This document shows, in pieces, positions 39,883 to 48,778 of a stretch of DNA of 64,000 nucleotides. The stretch spans positions 544,001 through 608,000 of the forward strand of contig CAXXIA010000002.1 of NCBI GenBank assembly GCA_963666985.2, in the 5' to 3' direction. Source of the stretch: Spirochaetia bacterium. Its GTDB lineage: Bacteria > Spirochaetota > Spirochaetia > DSM-2461. Every line of letters begins with the position of its first letter. Position 1 is the stretch's first letter. A program made the translations under genes and the position numbers. The notes beneath the pieces were generated by a model, which saw only the letters and a program-made list of their open reading frames with translations, was not told the origin of the DNA and did no database searches.

Positions 39883-40356
39883 TTATTCTTTTCGCAGCAA
39901 ATCCATACTCACCTTAATGACACATTTGCGGAACGTAGAGGGCTTCTCCAGCATCACGCCGGGACGATGGGCATCCCAAGGGAAAAAAACGGCGAAAAAG
40001 CCGGGGCGGGCGGTAATAAAATTTTCATCGGGATCAGACTCCAAAAAGTAAACGTCGGAAGCCTCCTTTGCCTCAAGAATACGCTCTTCGCCCGAATAAG
40101 GAGCGATACCGAAACATTCACTGCCGTCCGGCCAATACTGTACGTCGATGTATTTGACATGAACCTCGGGACGAGTCTCTTCAAGCGGGAGAGTGGTAAA
40201 GTCAAACACCTTGGCAAACATTTTCTCTCCGTCAATCGGATAATCTCCGACGGCGACGGACTTAAAATCGGTGTCTTTCAGAAAATGCAGAGCCCGGCAT
40301 ATGGCATCCGGATATGCTGAAAAATCATCATTTATTCTCAAGCTGGAAAAAATCAC
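39883..40356 (-). CDS. YhcH/YjgK/YiaL (NanQ-like) family protein
   Basis: GDYPIDG, EVHVKYIDVQY, FAVFFPWDAHRP, KCVIKV; GTG start with GGGAGG. Confidence 0.9.
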   Translation of the reverse strand: MIFSSLRINDDFSAYPDAICRALHFLKDTDFKSVAVGDYPIDGEKMFAKVFDFTTLPLEETRPEVHVKYIDVQYWPDGSECFGIAPYSGEERILEAKEASDVYFLESDPDENFITARPGFFAVFFPWDAHRPGVMLEKPSTFRKCVIKVSMDLLRKE

Positions 40357-40451
40357 AATCGCTTCCTCCCGGGAATGATTCTATCAGGTATGGGAATAAA
40401 AAAGAAATCACTCCACTCCGTTCAGAGTACGCGTATCTTAACCTGAAAAAG

Positions 40452-40560
40452 AAACTCGGGCCGAATTTTTTTTTATGGCTCGGCACAAATCCGCGCACCA
40501 GGAATCGGCCGTTTAAAAACTCGGGCCGAAATTTTTTTATGCCTCGGCGCAGATCCGCGC
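40452..40560. repeat. Imperfect ~45-bp direct repeat, two copies
   Basis: Copies at 40452-40496 and 40517-40560 share aaactcgggccgaa-T-run-atg.ctcggc.ca.atccgcgc. Confidence 0.8.
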
Positions 40561-40678
40561 GGCCGTTCGTCGGATTCTCCGAAACCTTTGGAAAAACATC
40601 CCCCGGCGGCGGGAACTTGTTGAGCTTCACTCTGTAAGATAACATAAACTAATTACTTATTGATTGCGGGACCGAATT

Positions 40679-41743
40679 ATGTCGGAAATGAAAGCGGGAA
40701 TAAAGGAAATCGCCCGAATGGCCGGCGTCTCTACAGCCACAGTCTCCCGCGTTTTAAACGGTAACAAAACCGTAAACTCTGAAATGGCCGAGAAAGTTAT
40801 CGCTGTTGCGGCTTCTTTGGGATATCAGCCTTCTCCGGCCGCCCGCTATATGAGAAGTAAAAAATCCGGCCTTCTCGGCATCGTGGTTCCCGATCTGTCA
40901 AAATCCTATTTCGGAGATATCGTCAACGGAGCCATCAGTAAGGCGCGTGAATATAACCAAATGATGGTTGTAGGGACTGTAGAAGGCAAATCCGGAACGG
41001 AAAAAGAATTCCTAAGAAAGCTCTCGGGATATATGCTGGACGGATTGATTTACTGTCCCGTCTCAACGGATATCCAATCAAAAAAGACCGAAGTCCCTAA
41101 AATCCCGCTCGTTATAGCCGGAAGACGCCGTGTTCTCGACGGAGTTCCGCATGTCAACACCGACGATGAAAATACAGGGTACTTGTCGGCGCGTTATCTG
41201 CTGAACCTGGGAAGACGCAATATCGGATTTCTTGCGGGCTTTTGGGAATCGGCTCCCTTTAAAGATGCGGAAGACCTCCTTTCCTCCGTGAATCTTCCCA
41301 TCAGCGGCGCTTTTTCCGCATTGGATCGAATCCGCGGTTTTCAAAGAGCCCTGCGTGAAGAAGGTCTCGAACTGAAAAAAGAGAAACTGGCCTTCTGCGG
41401 ATTTGATGCGGAAAGCGGATATACGGCCGTCCGTGAGCTCTTCAGCAGACTGAACAAGATTGATGCTCTTATGGTTCCCAACTGCCTTGTCGCCCGCGGT
41501 GTTTTCCGTTTCTTCAACGAACAGGGAATATCCGTTCCGAAAGAAATCTCATTGATATCCCTGGACGATATGCACAACGGCGAACTTCTCGCGGTTCCCG
41601 TAACTTCAATCACGCATGATATGTACAGCCTGGGAATGGAAGCGGTTATTCTGCTGAACCAGGTAATCCAAAACAAAAAGCCGCAGGATAAAATTATCGA
41701 CGTCAAATTAATCATCCGGCAGTCAACATCGAAAGAAATCTGA
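40679..41743 (+). CDS. LacI-family transcriptional regulator
   Basis: IKEIARMAGVSTATVSRVLN, LGYQPS, periplasmic-binding-fold C-terminus. Confidence 0.95.
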   Translation: MSEMKAGIKEIARMAGVSTATVSRVLNGNKTVNSEMAEKVIAVAASLGYQPSPAARYMRSKKSGLLGIVVPDLSKSYFGDIVNGAISKAREYNQMMVVGTVEGKSGTEKEFLRKLSGYMLDGLIYCPVSTDIQSKKTEVPKIPLVIAGRRRVLDGVPHVNTDDENTGYLSARYLLNLGRRNIGFLAGFWESAPFKDAEDLLSSVNLPISGAFSALDRIRGFQRALREEGLELKKEKLAFCGFDAESGYTAVRELFSRLNKIDALMVPNCLVARGVFRFFNEQGISVPKEISLISLDDMHNGELLAVPVTSITHDMYSLGMEAVILLNQVIQNKKPQDKIIDVKLIIRQSTSKEI

Positions 41744-41767
41744 TTTTCACGTTCCGGGGCTTCGCGA

Positions 41768-41875
41768 GTAAACGTTTTCTCGTGACTTCAACGACAAAAG
41801 CACCTCTCAGGCGGTTAAAAAGAATTATTCATTGACATCCCATACCCGGGAGTATAGAGTCAGGTAAACGTTTAC
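41768..41875 (+). promoter_or_regulatory. sigma70 promoter and two LacI-type operators for the tctA operon
   Basis: TTGACA (41832) -17 bp- TAGAGT (41855); GTAAACGTTTAC at 41864-41875; GTAAACGTTTTC at 41768-41779. Confidence 0.7.
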
Positions 41876-41885
41876 GGAGGCCGCT

Positions 41886-43424
41886 TTGTTCTTTTCCGCC
41901 TTAAAAGACGCTTTGGACATTAATGTTATTCTCCTGACGGCCCTGGGGAGTTTAAGCGGTGTCGTTATCGGAGCGCTCCCGGGACTTTCGGTAACAATGG
42001 CCACGGCGCTTCTCGTATCGCTCACCTTCAGCTGGTCCATGGAATACGCTTTGGCCATGATTATCGGAGTTTACTGCGGGGGCGTTTTCGGAGGTTCCAT
42101 ATCGGCGGTTTTGCTCAATATCCCCGGAGCACCGGCGGCCATTTGTACCGGCTTCGACGGGTATCCGCTGGCGAAACAAGGCAAAGCGGCCATGGCTTTG
42201 GGTTTGGCCAGAATCGGTTCTTTTATCGGCGGAATCATCGGAGTTCTTTTCCTGGCTCTTTTCGCCCCGCCGATATCGACGATCGCTTTAAGTTTCGGCC
42301 CGTTTGAATACCTCGGCCTTATCGCCCTTGGACTGATTACCATAGGGAATCTATCGGAAGGCTCGTTTATAAAAGCGATTCTGGCCGGACTCTTCGGTCT
42401 GCTTCTTTCAACGGTCGGAATGGATCCGGTCTATGGAATACCCAGATTCACGTTCGGAAGCATGCAGCTTCTTTCCGGAATCGGCCTTATCCCAAGCCTC
42501 ATCGGTTTTTTCGGTCTCTCGGAAGTTATTGTCCAAATGAGAACCCCTTCCAATAAACATCAAATCATCAAGCAAATGGGAAAGGTAATTCCTAAGTTAT
42601 CCACCTTCATGAAAATGATTCCGGTCATTTTAAGATCTTCGGTTATCGGCGCCTGGATTGGAGCCCTTCCCGGAGTGGGAGGAACCATCGCTTCATTCCT
42701 GGCATACGACAATGCCAAGAAAACCGTGAAGAATCCCACTCAGCCGTTCGGCGAAGGAGCTTATGAGGGAGTTGTTGCTCCGGAAGTCGCCAATAACGCC
42801 ATGGTCGGCGGAGCGATGATTCCACTCCTTACCTTGGGGATTCCCGGTGACGCGGTTACAGCCATCATGATGGGCGCTTTTATCGTTCATGGACTTCAGC
42901 CCGGTCCCATGATGATGATCAACAGCGCCGATTTATTCTGGTACATCATCATTTTGTTCATTTTGGCGAATATCCTTTTTCTCTTCATTGGATTACTGGT
43001 TACAAAGTACTTTCCAAGAGTTCTTTCGGTAAAACCGGAAACACTGATGCCCATCGTATCGGTTCTCTGCTTCGTCGGAGCCTACGCCATCAGAAATTCG
43101 GTAATGGACATCATCATCATGGTCTGCGCCGGCTTGATAGGATACCTCTTCAAACGAATTAAATTTCCAATTGGACCTGTTGTTATCGGCCTTGTTCTTG
43201 GGGGAATGGCCGACGGTGAACTGAGACGCGTTTCCATGATTTCCGAAGGAGATGTTTTCGGCATGCTTCTGAAAAGGCCGATCGCGATCGTTATTTTCCT
43301 CTTCGCCCTTCTTCAGATTCTCGATCAGATAGGCCGCTTCAAACAACGGCGAAAAGAAATCGGTTCAAAACTGTTCGGTTTAATTCGTGCCTGCTTTATA
43401 CGGAACCACAATAAGACGAAATGA
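41886..43424 (+). CDS. tctA: Tripartite tricarboxylate transporter large subunit
   Basis: GALPGL, LLNIPG.P, FDGYPLAKQG, G.D...G.PRFTFG, APEVANNA, LTLGIPGD, GLQPGP; TTG start after GGAGG. Confidence 0.95.
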   Translation: MFFSALKDALDINVILLTALGSLSGVVIGALPGLSVTMATALLVSLTFSWSMEYALAMIIGVYCGGVFGGSISAVLLNIPGAPAAICTGFDGYPLAKQGKAAMALGLARIGSFIGGIIGVLFLALFAPPISTIALSFGPFEYLGLIALGLITIGNLSEGSFIKAILAGLFGLLLSTVGMDPVYGIPRFTFGSMQLLSGIGLIPSLIGFFGLSEVIVQMRTPSNKHQIIKQMGKVIPKLSTFMKMIPVILRSSVIGAWIGALPGVGGTIASFLAYDNAKKTVKNPTQPFGEGAYEGVVAPEVANNAMVGGAMIPLLTLGIPGDAVTAIMMGAFIVHGLQPGPMMMINSADLFWYIIILFILANILFLFIGLLVTKYFPRVLSVKPETLMPIVSVLCFVGAYAIRNSVMDIIIMVCAGLIGYLFKRIKFPIGPVVIGLVLGGMADGELRRVSMISEGDVFGMLLKRPIAIVIFLFALLQILDQIGRFKQRRKEIGSKLFGLIRACFIRNHNKTK

Positions 43425-43472
43425 GTTTCGGAGGTTAAAAATCCAAACTCATAAAAATAACAGGAGGTTTAT

Positions 43473-44501
43473 ATGAATACGGAAAAACGATTGACGGTTA
43501 TCCTTGCGCTGCTGCTGATAATCGGCTGCGGAACGCTTTTTGCCGAAGGACAGCAGGAAGTCGATGTTGAGAACTATCCGGAAAGGGAAATTGAAGGAGT
43601 AATCACATGGGGTGCCGGAGGCTTAACCGATAACATCGCCAGAAATTTCCTGCCTCTCATGGAAGAACAGCTGGGGGGCGCCAGTATTGTTCCTCAGAAT
43701 AAAACCGGTGCCAGCGGTGCCGTGGGCAGTCAGTATGTCATGGGAAAACCTGCGGACGGATATACAATCCTGATAACCACTACCGAGTCGTGCGGAGTGT
43801 GGAATGTCATGGGAACTTCCGACATGGACGTCAACGACTTTGAACCCATTATAATCCTTACGAGCCTGAATCCCACTTGTTACGTTCGTGCCGATGCGCC
43901 CTGGAACAGCGTTCAGGAACTTATTGCCGACGCTCAATCCAGACCGGGGAAAATTATCGCCGGTTATGCCGCACCGGGTTCCTTGGGGCATGTATCGGGA
44001 CTGCTCTTCTCCGAATACAGCGGCTCCGAATTCAACATGGTCCCCTTCGGCGGCGGCGGGAAAGTCATGGCCGCTCTTCTGGGAGGACACGTTGATGTTG
44101 CGTTCAATCCTCTGGTTTCAATTATGGAGAATTACAAAGCCGATAAGATTAAACTCCTTGCGACGTTTACCAACGAAGAAATCGTCGACGGCGTGCCCGC
44201 TCTTGGAGCGGAAGTAGCCTCGTTCAAACCGGTTATGCCCTATGGAATCATGGTTATGATATTGGTTCACAAGGATACTCCTCCGGCAATCGTTGAAAAA
44301 TTAACGGATGCGGCCGTTAAGGCCTCCTCGGATGCCGAATGGAAAAAATTCGCCGATAAATATTATCTTCAGATTGTCGGAGACACCGGAGATGATTTCC
44401 GCCGAACCGTGGATGCCTGGAAACCTCTGACGACTTGGCTTCTTTACGACGCCGGCGTGGCAACCAAGTCGCCCGAAGAATTCGGAATCGGCAGAAAATA
44501 G
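43473..44501 (+). CDS. tctC: Tripartite tricarboxylate transporter substrate-binding protein (Bug/TctC)
   Basis: YPEREI..I.WGAGG.TD..AR, NKTGASG, ADGYT, VPFGGGG....ALLGGHVD. Confidence 0.93.
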   Translation: MNTEKRLTVILALLLIIGCGTLFAEGQQEVDVENYPEREIEGVITWGAGGLTDNIARNFLPLMEEQLGGASIVPQNKTGASGAVGSQYVMGKPADGYTILITTTESCGVWNVMGTSDMDVNDFEPIIILTSLNPTCYVRADAPWNSVQELIADAQSRPGKIIAGYAAPGSLGHVSGLLFSEYSGSEFNMVPFGGGGKVMAALLGGHVDVAFNPLVSIMENYKADKIKLLATFTNEEIVDGVPALGAEVASFKPVMPYGIMVMILVHKDTPPAIVEKLTDAAVKASSDAEWKKFADKYYLQIVGDTGDDFRRTVDAWKPLTTWLLYDAGVATKSPEEFGIGRK

Positions 44502-44513
44502 GTAGAATGAAGC

Positions 44514-44984
44514 ATGAGTAAATTGCCGGGGAAGAGTTCTTTAGTGAACAGCGGGGAGTTCTGGTTCACAATCTGTCTGATTCTTATCGGGATTGCCGGT
44601 CTGGTCTACAGTCTTACGCTCCCTCTAATGGGTCCTGTCGCTTTATGCCCGGGACTTTTCCCCGGTGTTGTAACCTCACTGATGCTTACTTTGGGATTGG
44701 TGAGGTTCTTCCAAATGCTGCGGACGAAAGAAGAACAAAGTAAAAACGGAGAGAAAGAAGAAAATACCGAGCAGCGAAGCATTCTGATCATCATCGCTTT
44801 TTTCCTGATGTATCTCCTGCTTCTGGTATACACGCATTTTCTCATTTCCACCTCGGTCTTTCTTTTTCTTTCCATGTTTTACCTTTACAGGAAAATGAAC
44901 TGGAAGATACCTGTGGTTTCCGTAATAACAACTCTTAGCGTGTTTTACTTATTCAGGTATCTGCTGAACGTAAGGTTACCCTAG
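44514..44984 (+). CDS. tctB: Tripartite tricarboxylate transporter small subunit
   Basis: Small TM protein with PGLFP and C-terminal F...LNVRLP. Confidence 0.85.
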   Translation: MSKLPGKSSLVNSGEFWFTICLILIGIAGLVYSLTLPLMGPVALCPGLFPGVVTSLMLTLGLVRFFQMLRTKEEQSKNGEKEENTEQRSILIIIAFFLMYLLLLVYTHFLISTSVFLFLSMFYLYRKMNWKIPVVSVITTLSVFYLFRYLLNVRLP

Positions 44985-45019
44985 AGAAACGAAATTAATT
45001 TCGACAATCGGAGAAAAAA

Positions 45020-46321
45020 ATGCTGGCCAGAATCCAAAAATCGGGTCTGACGGGTGAGGTATGGATACCCGGATCAAAATCTCACATGATACGGTCTTTA
45101 TACTTCGGCGCCCTTGGCAAAGGGCAATCCATTATTCGCAATCCCGTCAGATCAAAAGACTCTTTGTCGGCGGCCCGAATTATAAAGGCCATGGGCATTC
45201 CGCTGGATATGAAAAGGGATGACTTTTGGACCGTGCAGGGAGGAGAACTGAAAGTTCCCGAAGATATTATTGATGTGGGCAATTCGGGAACATCCATGTA
45301 TTCGGGATCCGCTTTAGCCGCCTCGCTGGACGGATATACCGTCTTTACCGGAGATGAACAAATTCGCAAACGGCCGATGCAGCCGGTATTGAACGCACTC
45401 ATGCTTCTGGGAGCGGAAGCCTGGTCAATCAGAGGAAACGGTTCCGCCCCTTTCATCGTACGGGGACCTCTGAAAGGGGGAAAATGCTATGTGGACGGCA
45501 TCGTCTCACAATACGTCAGCTCAGCCGTTCTGGCCGCAACCCTTTCTCGGAACGATACGGAAATCATCGTCGATAAAGCGAATGAAATCCCTTATATAGA
45601 AATGACTCTGCAATGGATGAAGGCCCTGGGGGTTTCCGTCGATGCTTCCGATGATTTCAATCATTATTATGTAAAAGCCGGTCAGTCATACGCCCCTTTC
45701 GACAGATACGTTCCCGCCGACTTTTCTTCCGCGTCATTCATGCTCATCGGCGGAGCCGTTACGGACTCTTCGGTCACTCTTTTGGGACTCGATACCCGGG
45801 ATGTTCAGGGCGATAAAATCCTTATCGACATTCTCAAAGACATGGGCGCCGACATTCGGGTGAAAAACCATGGAGCCGACGGAATCCTTATCAACGGCGG
45901 GAAAGCGTTAAAGGGACAAGTTATCGACTGCTCCCCTACCCCCGATTCAATACCGATCTTGGCCGTTCTCGGCTGTTTCGCCGAAGGGGAAACACGTTTG
46001 TTCAATATTGAAAGCTCACGAATCAAAGAAACCGACAGACCCCTTTTAATGGCGAAAGAGCTCTCCAAAATGGGTGCGGATATCGAGCTTACCGATAAAG
46101 AACTGATTATTCGCAAAAGCCTTTTAACCGGATGTGAAGTTAAAAGCTACGGCGATCACAGGATTGCGATGGCTCTCTGCATCGCCGGCCTTATCGCTCG
46201 CGGAGAAACCGTTGTCGATAAAGTGGAATCCGCCTCCATCTCTTTTCCCGGATTTGATACCTCTCTGACAAACCTCGGGGCACACGCGGAATACCTGGAA
46301 GAAGAGGTTGAGAACGCATGA
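45020..46321 (+). CDS. aroA: EPSP synthase (3-phosphoshikimate 1-carboxyvinyltransferase) homolog
   Basis: PGSKS..R, GNSGT, RPM, SQY.S, PY..MT, D.SSA, QGD, PD..P, RIKETDR, DHRIAMA, SFPGF. Confidence 0.88.
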   Translation: MLARIQKSGLTGEVWIPGSKSHMIRSLYFGALGKGQSIIRNPVRSKDSLSAARIIKAMGIPLDMKRDDFWTVQGGELKVPEDIIDVGNSGTSMYSGSALAASLDGYTVFTGDEQIRKRPMQPVLNALMLLGAEAWSIRGNGSAPFIVRGPLKGGKCYVDGIVSQYVSSAVLAATLSRNDTEIIVDKANEIPYIEMTLQWMKALGVSVDASDDFNHYYVKAGQSYAPFDRYVPADFSSASFMLIGGAVTDSSVTLLGLDTRDVQGDKILIDILKDMGADIRVKNHGADGILINGGKALKGQVIDCSPTPDSIPILAVLGCFAEGETRLFNIESSRIKETDRPLLMAKELSKMGADIELTDKELIIRKSLLTGCEVKSYGDHRIAMALCIAGLIARGETVVDKVESASISFPGFDTSLTNLGAHAEYLEEEVENA

Positions 46322-47748
46322 GTGACGGGGGAAAGAACGGAAAAAACGGAACGGCCTCTCTGCTGATTCCGAAACGCAGAACTCTGATGTTTCGATCGGC
46401 CCGGAGAATCGAAGGCGGACGTCAGCCGGGCATCAAGGCCGGACCGTTCATTATCCGTCTTCCCCTGATACATCATCAGCTGGAAATCTCGGAACTCTTT
46501 CAAGGAATCATTATGACGGCCACGGGCCTGGGACTTGTGGCCCTTCTGGAGGATTTCTTTGGAATTCCTTATGAAATCGCGCTGACAATCATCATTGTTC
46601 AGCAGCTCGGATATTATCTTCATCAATTTCTGGGAGATACGACAATCTCAGGATGGCTGACTCCGGCCGTTCCGCTGATAATGACCTTTATTTCACGATA
46701 TCCGGCCGGGCAGGAAAGACTCAGGGCTTATATCGCCCTTCAAATCATCGTCGGGATTATTTTTCTCTTTTTTGGCATATCGGGTTTGGCATCCAAACTG
46801 ATGAGAATGGTTCCCGAATCCCTGAAAGCGGGACTCATTATCGGCGCGGGACTGAGCGTGCTCATCGGCGAATATGGAATTACGCCCTCCGGACTGCTCT
46901 ACAAAGATTACTTTTTCGTCCTGATACTCGGAATGCCCATTGTCCTGTTCCTCATTTATTCAGACTGGGTAAAAACACAGATTAAACGAAAGCCCAAAGG
47001 TGTTCTGGGCCGATTATCCCGTTATGGAATATTCCCCAGTCTTATCCTTGTCATCATCATCGCCGCACTAACAGGAGAAGCCGAATTGACATCCGTCCAA
47101 TTCGGTTTCTTTACTCCGAAATTCGGCCGGATGGTTAAGGACTGGTCGGTTTTTGCCGTCGGTTTTCCAACGGCCGAAATGTTTCTTTCCTCCGTTCCCA
47201 TCGCCGTAGCCGCTTATATCATGGCTTTTGGAGAAACCGTTCTGGCGGCGGAAACTGTGGAGGAAGCGAAAACCTACAGACCCGATGAAGAGATCGGATT
47301 CGATACGGGCCGTCTGAATCTGATTACCGGAATCCGAAACATTATTCATGCCCTGATAGCCCCCAACGGGGGATTGGCCGGCCCCAACTGGGCGGCGATG
47401 ACCATGGTTATCGCCAGAAGATACGAACAGGGAAAAGATGCGATGTACTCCCTTATCGGAGGATCGGCGTCCTTCAATATCATGCGGGTTCTCATGATGA
47501 CGTTCCTTCCTCTGATCACCATCATTCTTCCGTTCAGGGTTCCCATTTTGTGTGTTCTTATGGTTCTGCAAGGTTTTGCCGGTTTTTCCCTGGGACTAAA
47601 AATCGCCGACAACCGCATGAAACGAACCATCGCCGTTCTCACCGGAGTTGTGCTGTCGTTCTACGGAGCCGCTTGGGCCATAGCGGCAGGCATCCTGCTC
47701 AGTCTTGTAATGGAGGACCGTTCTTCAAAAGTGAAATCCCCGGAATAG
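46318..47748 (+). CDS. Polytopic membrane protein, probable permease (DUF3360 / nucleobase-ascorbate transporter-like)
   Basis: Many TM segments; GPF.IRLP..H, GWLTPAVPL, LKAGLIIGAG, AYIMAFGE, AGPNWAA; ATGA overlap with aroA. Confidence 0.7.
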   Translation: MSDGGKNGKNGTASLLIPKRRTLMFRSARRIEGGRQPGIKAGPFIIRLPLIHHQLEISELFQGIIMTATGLGLVALLEDFFGIPYEIALTIIIVQQLGYYLHQFLGDTTISGWLTPAVPLIMTFISRYPAGQERLRAYIALQIIVGIIFLFFGISGLASKLMRMVPESLKAGLIIGAGLSVLIGEYGITPSGLLYKDYFFVLILGMPIVLFLIYSDWVKTQIKRKPKGVLGRLSRYGIFPSLILVIIIAALTGEAELTSVQFGFFTPKFGRMVKDWSVFAVGFPTAEMFLSSVPIAVAAYIMAFGETVLAAETVEEAKTYRPDEEIGFDTGRLNLITGIRNIIHALIAPNGGLAGPNWAAMTMVIARRYEQGKDAMYSLIGGSASFNIMRVLMMTFLPLITIILPFRVPILCVLMVLQGFAGFSLGLKIADNRMKRTIAVLTGVVLSFYGAAWAIAAGILLSLVMEDRSSKVKSPE

Positions 47749-47939
47749 CATCGGTATTTCCGCGGATTTCACTTCCGCGCCAAAAACGGACACCAATCCC
47801 CAATCCGGCCGACTCCCTTGACCACATTTTGACCGAATAGATATTATTCATTATCCGATCGCAAAATACGAACTCCGTCGGTCTGTCGTCAGGACTGCGG
47901 GATTTCCTCCGGCGGATAGTAAGGAATAAATTCAAGTTC

Positions 47940-48728
47940 ATGGTCCTCATTCATTTTCTTGTCAGTTTTGCAGCATCCGTAGTAGGCGCCATCAGCGGAA
48001 TCGGCGGCGGTGTTATTATTAAGCCGACTCTCGATTTCATCGGACTGCAGTCCCCCACAACCATCAGCTTCCTCTCCGCAACGACCGTACTGGCCATGAC
48101 GACGGTCACCCTTATGCGGAACAAAAACACATCGATCAAACTGGATAAGAAAATCAGCACGATAATGGCCGTCGGCGGCATTCTCGGCGGTTTTCTGGGA
48201 AAGTACGTTTTCAACTCCGTTCATTCGAGTTTTCCCAATGAAGCCGTAATCGGGGCGACTCAATCGATTATTCTGCTGATACTCACCCTGGGCGTGCTGA
48301 TTACCAGTTTGCTTAAATCCAAAATCCGTTCTTTGGAATTAAGTCATTGGTCGGTTTCATTCATGGCCGGCTTGGCATTGGGAGCCATATCCACGTTTTT
48401 GGGTATAGGAGGAGGTCCGTTCAATTTAACGGTTTTATACCTCCTTTTCTCCATGGATTCCAAAACGGCCGCCCTCAACTCCATTTTCATCATTTTCTTT
48501 TCCCAACTGACCAACCTGATACTTACCGTCGTTACCGGTTATGTTCCGGAGTTTTCCGTAATGATCCTTGTTTCCATGATTATCGGAGGCATCACGGGCG
48601 GTTTGGCGGGTATTTTCTTTTCAAAAAGGATGACAAACAGACAGGTCGATTATCTCTTCATCTGCGTCACCATCATCATCATCGCAACAAGCTTTATTAA
48701 TTTTACGAAGTACATGAATCAGATTTAA
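47940..48728 (+). CDS. TauE/SafE (TSUP) sulfite-exporter-family membrane protein
   Basis: Internally duplicated G..SGIGGG / FLGIGGG motifs; multiple TM helices. Confidence 0.88.
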   Translation: MVLIHFLVSFAASVVGAISGIGGGVIIKPTLDFIGLQSPTTISFLSATTVLAMTTVTLMRNKNTSIKLDKKISTIMAVGGILGGFLGKYVFNSVHSSFPNEAVIGATQSIILLILTLGVLITSLLKSKIRSLELSHWSVSFMAGLALGAISTFLGIGGGPFNLTVLYLLFSMDSKTAALNSIFIIFFSQLTNLILTVVTGYVPEFSVMILVSMIIGGITGGLAGIFFSKRMTNRQVDYLFICVTIIIIATSFINFTKYMNQI

Positions 48729-48778
48729 CCCGAAAGAAAACCGTATAAGACTTCCGGCGGTCTTCTATAATACGAAGC

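Noticed and set aside
40452..40560. CRISPR interpretation of the 45-bp repeat pair
   Set aside because: Only two imperfect copies, a 20-bp spacer and no cas genes.
40328..40645. Overlapping ~105-aa ORFs on both strands in the yhcH-lacI spacer
   Set aside because: Low-complexity F/K-rich translations produced by the repeat and T-tracts; no homology cues.
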